Part shown: positions 58,554-64,000 of the stretch, in pieces
Layout of the letters: the number at the start of each line of letters is the position of its first letter
Numbering within the stretch: the first letter of the stretch is position 1
Source of the DNA: Chiloscyllium plagiosum
Lineage: Eukaryota
DNA length: 64,000 bases
NCBI RefSeq assembly: GCF_004010195.1
Contig: NC_057719.1
Location: forward strand, 50,076,302-50,140,301
Direction: 5' to 3'
Translations under genes and position numbers: made by a program
The notes under the pieces: generated by a model
What the model saw: the letters and a program-made list of their open reading frames with translations, nothing else
Database searches by the model: none
What the model was told of the DNA's origin: nothing

Positions 58554-60385
58554 ATGGTTGATCAGTTGGTTAAATGGTGCACCTGGAATGTCAAGGGGAG
58601 TAATTCGCCAGTCAAAAGTAAGAAAATATTATCAACTCTCAAGAAAGAAAGGGTTGATATAGCTCTCCTACAGGAGACACACTTGTTGGATAAAGAACAC
58701 TTGAAATTACGACAGGGTGGATTTGATCAGGCCTTTTTTTCTTCTTTTAGCTCAAAAAGCAGGGGAGTTGTTATTCTTATTCGGAAGAATTTCCCTTTCA
58801 AAATCCTAAATCAGATAAAAGACGAATCTGGACGATATATTATGATTAAAGCCCATATAAATGGAGACGAATATGGGATTTTAAATTTGTATTGCCCCCC
58901 GGCACATCCTTTTAAATTTATAACGGAAGCCTTCTCAAAACTGATGGCTCTTGGTGCCCGTCATACAATTATAGGGGGAGACTTTAATTGTATTATGGAT
59001 CAGGAAATAGATAGGATTCCCAAGAGTACTGCAGGAGTGTCTCCCAGATCTAGACAATTGGTGGATTTGAACAAAGAATTAGGATTAGTAGATGTATGAA
59101 GATGTCGTCATCCACAAGGCAGAGATTTTACTTTTTACTCCAATCCACATAAATGTCATACCAGAATTGACATGTTTTTTGCCCCCTCGATTTTTTAAAA
59201 TTCCATATCATCCTGTAAAATAGGTAGTACAGCAATTTCCGATCACGCTGCTGTATATATGGAAATCAAGGCAAGGAAAAATGGGACATCCCCTCGGTAT
59301 TGGCGTATGGACCCCTTCCTGATGAAAGATAGTAAATTTGTAAAGTACTTCTCTCAAGAATTTAAAACTTTTTTAGAAATTAATTTAGGTACTGCTAGCA
59401 ACCCATCAATGATGTGGGAGACCATCAAAGCTTACACGCGAGGTTTGATCATCTCATACTCAGCGACCCAGAAAAAATTAAAGGGAGAACAACAGCATCT
59501 GCTCGAAGCTTGCTTAAAAGCAGCTGAAATAGCATACACTGATAGACCTTCTATTATCAAATTGCAAAGGATTATGGCCCTTAAGACAGCTCTAAACACC
59601 ACGCTTACCCAAACGGCTGAGAGGGAAATATTATTTGCAATACAAAGGTTATATGAATTTGGCGACAAACCGGGTAGATACTTAGCATTTCTTGCAAAGA
59701 CTACGTTATTAGATAGTCTTTATAAATCAGATAGAGAATGTAGAGTGCTACGACCAATGGGGGTATCTTCCGTCAGTACTATTTATCATTTACTACATGA
59801 TGAAATATCGGGAGATATCGACAATCTGCTTAAAACATGGGATCAGGATTTGGGACTAGAAATCTCTATAGAAACATGGAATGACATTTGGGAAAATGCC
59901 AGAAGAATCACCATCTGCAACAGAACTCAGGCTACCCAGCTGAAGATACTTCATAGGGCCCATATAGCACCGGATCGATTGGCAAAATTTAAGGCAGGAG
60001 CATCTCCAATGTGTCCCAAATGTAAAATAGAGGTGGACACTCTTGTACATTGCCTATGGATCATAAGATCCGTAGATAATGGACTAAAGTAGCAAGTACC
60101 CTGACAGAAATTTTAGGAACGGAAATTAAAGTGGACCCTATATCTCTCCTTTTGGGCTTTTCGAACTTACCCTCCCTGGATATGCACGGGAAAAGATTAT
60201 TTTCTATTCTCTCTTTCCGTGCAAGGAAAAATATTTTGGTAAACTGGGTGGCTGAGGGCCCCCCTGGACTTTCAAATTGGCACAGATTAATTTTGGAATG
60301 TATTCCCCTTGACTTCCTTACAAATATGGTGCACCAAAAGACCGAATTATTTTTAAAATATGGCAGCCCTTCTTGAATTATATAA
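58554..60385 (+). pseudogene. L1 ORF2 remnant: APE endonuclease + linker joined to C-terminal Cys-rich domain
   Basis: TWNVKG, LQETHL, GGDFN, SDH; KPGRYLAFLAK joined directly to C-terminal sequence; several stops and frameshifts. Confidence 0.85.
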
Positions 60386-60813
60386 ATACAGATATTTCGG
60401 CTATCCTAACAAGGGCTTTTATTTAATTGAGATTGCGAACCTGGCTGGTCCGGGGCCACTTGGGAGAGGAATCCCGCACGAATATGGGTTTTGTTACATT
60501 TGATGTTAACACATTCCAAGCATGTATCTCACTATCTAATTTCTGTGTTATCTGTTGTTTTTTTTTTCTTTCTCTTATTTGAATAATGTAAGAGACTTAA
60601 TTATACACTCTGGTTAGTTGTAGGTTAGATTAGTAGTTAGCTGAGTTTTGTTTTTTTTTCCTCGGTATTTTTCTTTCGATAAATTTTGGTTATTATTTAT
60701 TTAAGATTTAATTGTATTTCAATGTTTGTACTTGAGAGTTTTGTTTATTTTTGTAAACTTGTAAAAATGTTACATTTCCAATAAAAATATCTATTAAAAA
60801 AAGTGAGCAAACA

Positions 60814-61235
60814 AATACATGACAGGTGAAGGATAAATGTCAGATTATCCACTTCAGCAGCAAAAACAGGAAGGCAGTTTGTTACCAAGATGCAACAAGA
60901 CCTGAGTGACCTTGTACACTAGTTGCTGCAAGTAAGCATGCAGGTGCAGAAAGTGACGAAGAAGGCAAATGGTATGCTGACCTTCATAGCAAGGGACTTT
61001 GAATACTGGAGCAGGGATGTTTTGCTGCAGTCGTACAGGATGCTGGTGAGACCACACCTGGAGCACTATGTGTAATTTTTGTCCCCTTGAGTAAGTATGT
61101 TCTGGCTATAGAGGGAGTGCAACAAAGGTTTACCAGACTTTTTCCTCGGATGGCAGGATTGACATTGAAGCCAGACTGGTTCAGTTATGGATGAATGGCC
61201 TATTCCTACTCCCATTTTCTATGTTTCTATGTTCC
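60814..61235 (+). mobile_element. CR1 3' fragment (5' stub at ~56772-56799) hosting the L1
   Basis: KKANGMLTFI, LVRPHLEHYV, CR1 tail ATGGCCTATTCCTACTCC...CTATGTT. Confidence 0.8.
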
Positions 61236-64000
61236 TGGATTATATCATTGTTTGAATTAAAGATCTAAGTGATATCTGTATCACTTGATCCATGCATGTG
61301 GACTGATACCTGCCAGACAGATGATTGACTTGTTCAATTGTGGTAAATATCCACCTTGCACAAATCATTGTCAGAACCAGAAGTCCAAAACAGAGATTAA
61401 TGTTCATCAGCAGCGTTCATCAACAAGTCAAAAATCAAGTAAGCAGCATTCCAACAGTTCAAGGCTGACACTAAAGACAAACTTGAACATAAAAGATGAG
61501 TAATGGCACGAGAAACCCAAGAAAGTCAACAGTCTTGCCATGTGAACCTTTTTGGAAGCCACCAGGGCCATCTATACACCAGGTCAAATGGATAAAATTT
61601 CCTTGACTCATAAGACAGTAACTCTCTTCTTAAGGATGACAATGCAATTTGTTGAACACTGAAAAGAACATTTCCCATAACAATGTCAACCTTTAATTCA
61701 CTGTGGCAACTGAAATGTCTCCAGCTTACCCCATCGACATGTGTGGAATCCATGCATACATTGCCAGCAATGAGAGAGCTGTAACTGTAACTGTAACTGG
61801 AAGGATAAGAAACAACAAAGACCAATTTCAGCTGAAACTTACAAATTTGGTTTTGTTGACATCAAGACTCAATGCACTCATCCTCCAGATTTGGGATGAA
61901 AAAGCACTTCGCACTCCCACAAGTACTTCAGGAATGTGACAATTGTAACCATCTCAAGAAGGGAGATGTCATGCTACAGAAACTACTGAAGTATTCTCTG
62001 TTATCTATAGCAAGTTCAGACACATTCTCCTGAATCAGCTACTCCCTAGCTGAAGGAATCCTTCCTGAAACATTCCTTTTGACGTTACAGAACAGCCTCT
62101 AATATGGATTTTGTCATGCAAGTCTAAGAAAATATTGAGGACAATAAAACAAACTCTTCACTGTATCCATTAACATAACCAAATTATTTGATACTGTAAA
62201 TTACAGGCTTTGTAGGTTGTTCTCCAGAGATTTGGATGTTCAAGAAATTTCATCACAATCTTGCAACTGAAGATGGATGCAACTATCTTGAATGGGAGAT
62301 CTGAAAGGGGCACTTTTTAAAGATAGACCAGTGTCAGGAAAGACTTTATGACAATCTCAAACGATTTACAGTCTACCTCCTGTAGTTATTCACCTCAAAA
62401 ATCAACTGCTCTTTGCTGTATGCACTAAATATTGCCTGGATGGAAATCTCTCTAACTTCAGTTGCCTTTGTGCCAAGATTAGACTGACCACCACTGTAAT
62501 ACATGACCTAGAATATTCACTATCTTGCCAAAATGAAGACATCCTGTATATGTTACAGGAAGTCTCTGAAGTATGTTAAGCACTTCCAAAGCTTGACAGT
62601 TTCTTCTTTCAAAGGGTCGCAATTGATGAGTCCAACACTGGATCAGCTGTACTAGCTCAATCTTCTACAAACTGTAACAGCCTGTGTTTGATGAAAACCC
62701 CTGCCAGTCAACAGTATGCTGACAACTAGTGTGCAAAGCAATTGTCATCACACATTCCCGTACTGCAATATGATTTGGACTATGTATCAGTGACACATAA
62801 TAGCACTAGTGCTACCCCACTACCAATGCTGCTGCAGCATTCCACAGAATCAATAGGAAGACAAGGAGGAAAACTATCACTCGTATCCTTCTTGAGGACC
62901 ACTCTAAAAACATTCAAGTAAAATTTCTGCAAAAGCAACTCCTCCCGAACAAGTTCTGTTTTCTCAGCTCTCAAATGGTACTGTTGCGATGATGACAAAG
63001 AAACTGCTACAAAGATACTCTGGAACTCTCCTTGAACCACAGCAACATTGACATTAATGACTAGAAGGAGATTTCTACCAATTATTCAAAGTAGTGACAA
63101 ATGACCTATCAAGCTGCATCATGCTTTGAGTCTGAAGGAGTTGGATCAATTTCAGTTAGTAAAGGGTTAAATTTTCAATCACGTTATGAAGCAAGTGGAA
63201 ATGACAGATGTGCAAAGGCTAGAAGTGTAGGAGCTGCACCATCGGCAAGATAGCACTGGCCTTGGGTGAAAAGCAGACAATGCATGCATAAATTATGGGA
63301 AAACAGTAGAAACATGGGAAGTGCAATACATTGAAATATGGGCTTGCAATATTTTTAATATAGGTAGGAGGTATCTGTAATCCATCAGAGCCAGTGATAA
63401 GACAGGTTCTCCTCATTTTTGCATGAAAATAAATGATTGCAGATGTAATTCTTAACTCTTCTTATCATTTTGTCGAGTTGCTTGATGTTTCAATGAGGCA
63501 ATGTGCTGGCAGAGAAGGAAAGAAAAGGAAGCAAGTACTGCTTTCTGGATGCCCCTGCCTCCTGGGACATTCCTCCCCATGTGACGAAGGACCTGCAGTT
63601 CAAATATCTGCCTGTTCAGTCACATGAAGACCCATGATATAAACTTGCAACCGAGTCATCATCACCACCAAATCAAGGGACAGCAGATGACAACAAAGGA
63701 ATCTCCAGAATAAAGACATAAATAGATTAAACTGATCTTGATGCATTTTTTTTTGGGGGGGGGGCCTTCTAGCTAAATATACAACAGGAGATCAGTGATA
63801 ATGAAAAAATTCCCACAAGGCTAACTAGCGCTTGCTTCTAAAACATGTACAAATAATAAATCATTCTTTTTTTTGAGTTTCGGCATTTCAGAAGCCATTA
63901 GTTAACATGCCTAGATTGGCTCAGATTACAGGATTTGAGAGATCAGGCAGGAGCTGGAAGGTACAGAAAGGTAAACAACCCATTTTTTTGTTTTCAAAGA

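Larger units (their letters stand above)
56800..60800 (+). mobile_element. L1-clade LINE with both ends and TSD, lacking the RT domain
   Basis: 5' GGGGGATCCAAGATGGC (YY1-like); ORF1; ORF2 endonuclease from 58554; C-terminal CPKC..H...W; AATAAA 60780; A-tail; TSD AAGTGAGCGAACA / AAGTGAGCAAACA (56787-56799 / 60801-60813). Confidence 0.92.
56200..63700 (+). mobile_element. Degenerate RTE-clade LINE split by CR1 and L1 (pieces ~56200-56770 and ~61235-63700)
   Basis: Endonuclease remnants (LLWDFNTRIG; SKHWHL | LDYIIV joined across the insertion); RT remnants downstream. Confidence 0.7.

Noticed and set aside
1..64000. CRISPR arrays, rRNA or prokaryotic systems
   Set aside because: Eukaryotic intron-exon DNA; no regularly spaced repeat-spacer array or rRNA sequence seen

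Overview
Repeat-rich vertebrate genomic DNA, almost certainly shark (HE1 SINEs with the matching CR1/HER1-type LINE tails). It holds the complete 13-exon ACTR10 gene (+, ATG 15943 to TAG 39053, 417 aa), whose intron 5 is a U12-type minor intron. It also holds the last four coding exons of an unnamed WD40-repeat gene (-, 55230 to 46424) convergent with ACTR10, and a CpG-rich probable non-coding first exon of a divergent minus-strand gene near 1 kb. The rest is layered transposon sequence: CR1, RTE, L1/Tx1, L2, Penelope-like elements (PLEs), solo LTRs, SINEs and Tigger-like MITEs. Four observations stand out. (1) A series of Penelope-derived fold-back insertions share one architecture: 11-16 bp TSD, two inverted arms, a one-sided ~33-41 nt tail and a minimal hammerhead-ribozyme core; related insertions range from 27 nt to 2.2 kb. 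(2) A near-perfect 1.15 kb palindrome (565 bp arms, 16 nt spacer) has template-switch junctions and lies between the two convergent 3' ends. (3) An L1 has both ends and a TSD but an in-frame loss of the RT domain, and is nested in CR1 inside RTE. (4) A second, consensus-like U12 branch point/acceptor lies inside the ACTR10 minor intron. All coordinates were read by eye and repeat boundaries are approximate.
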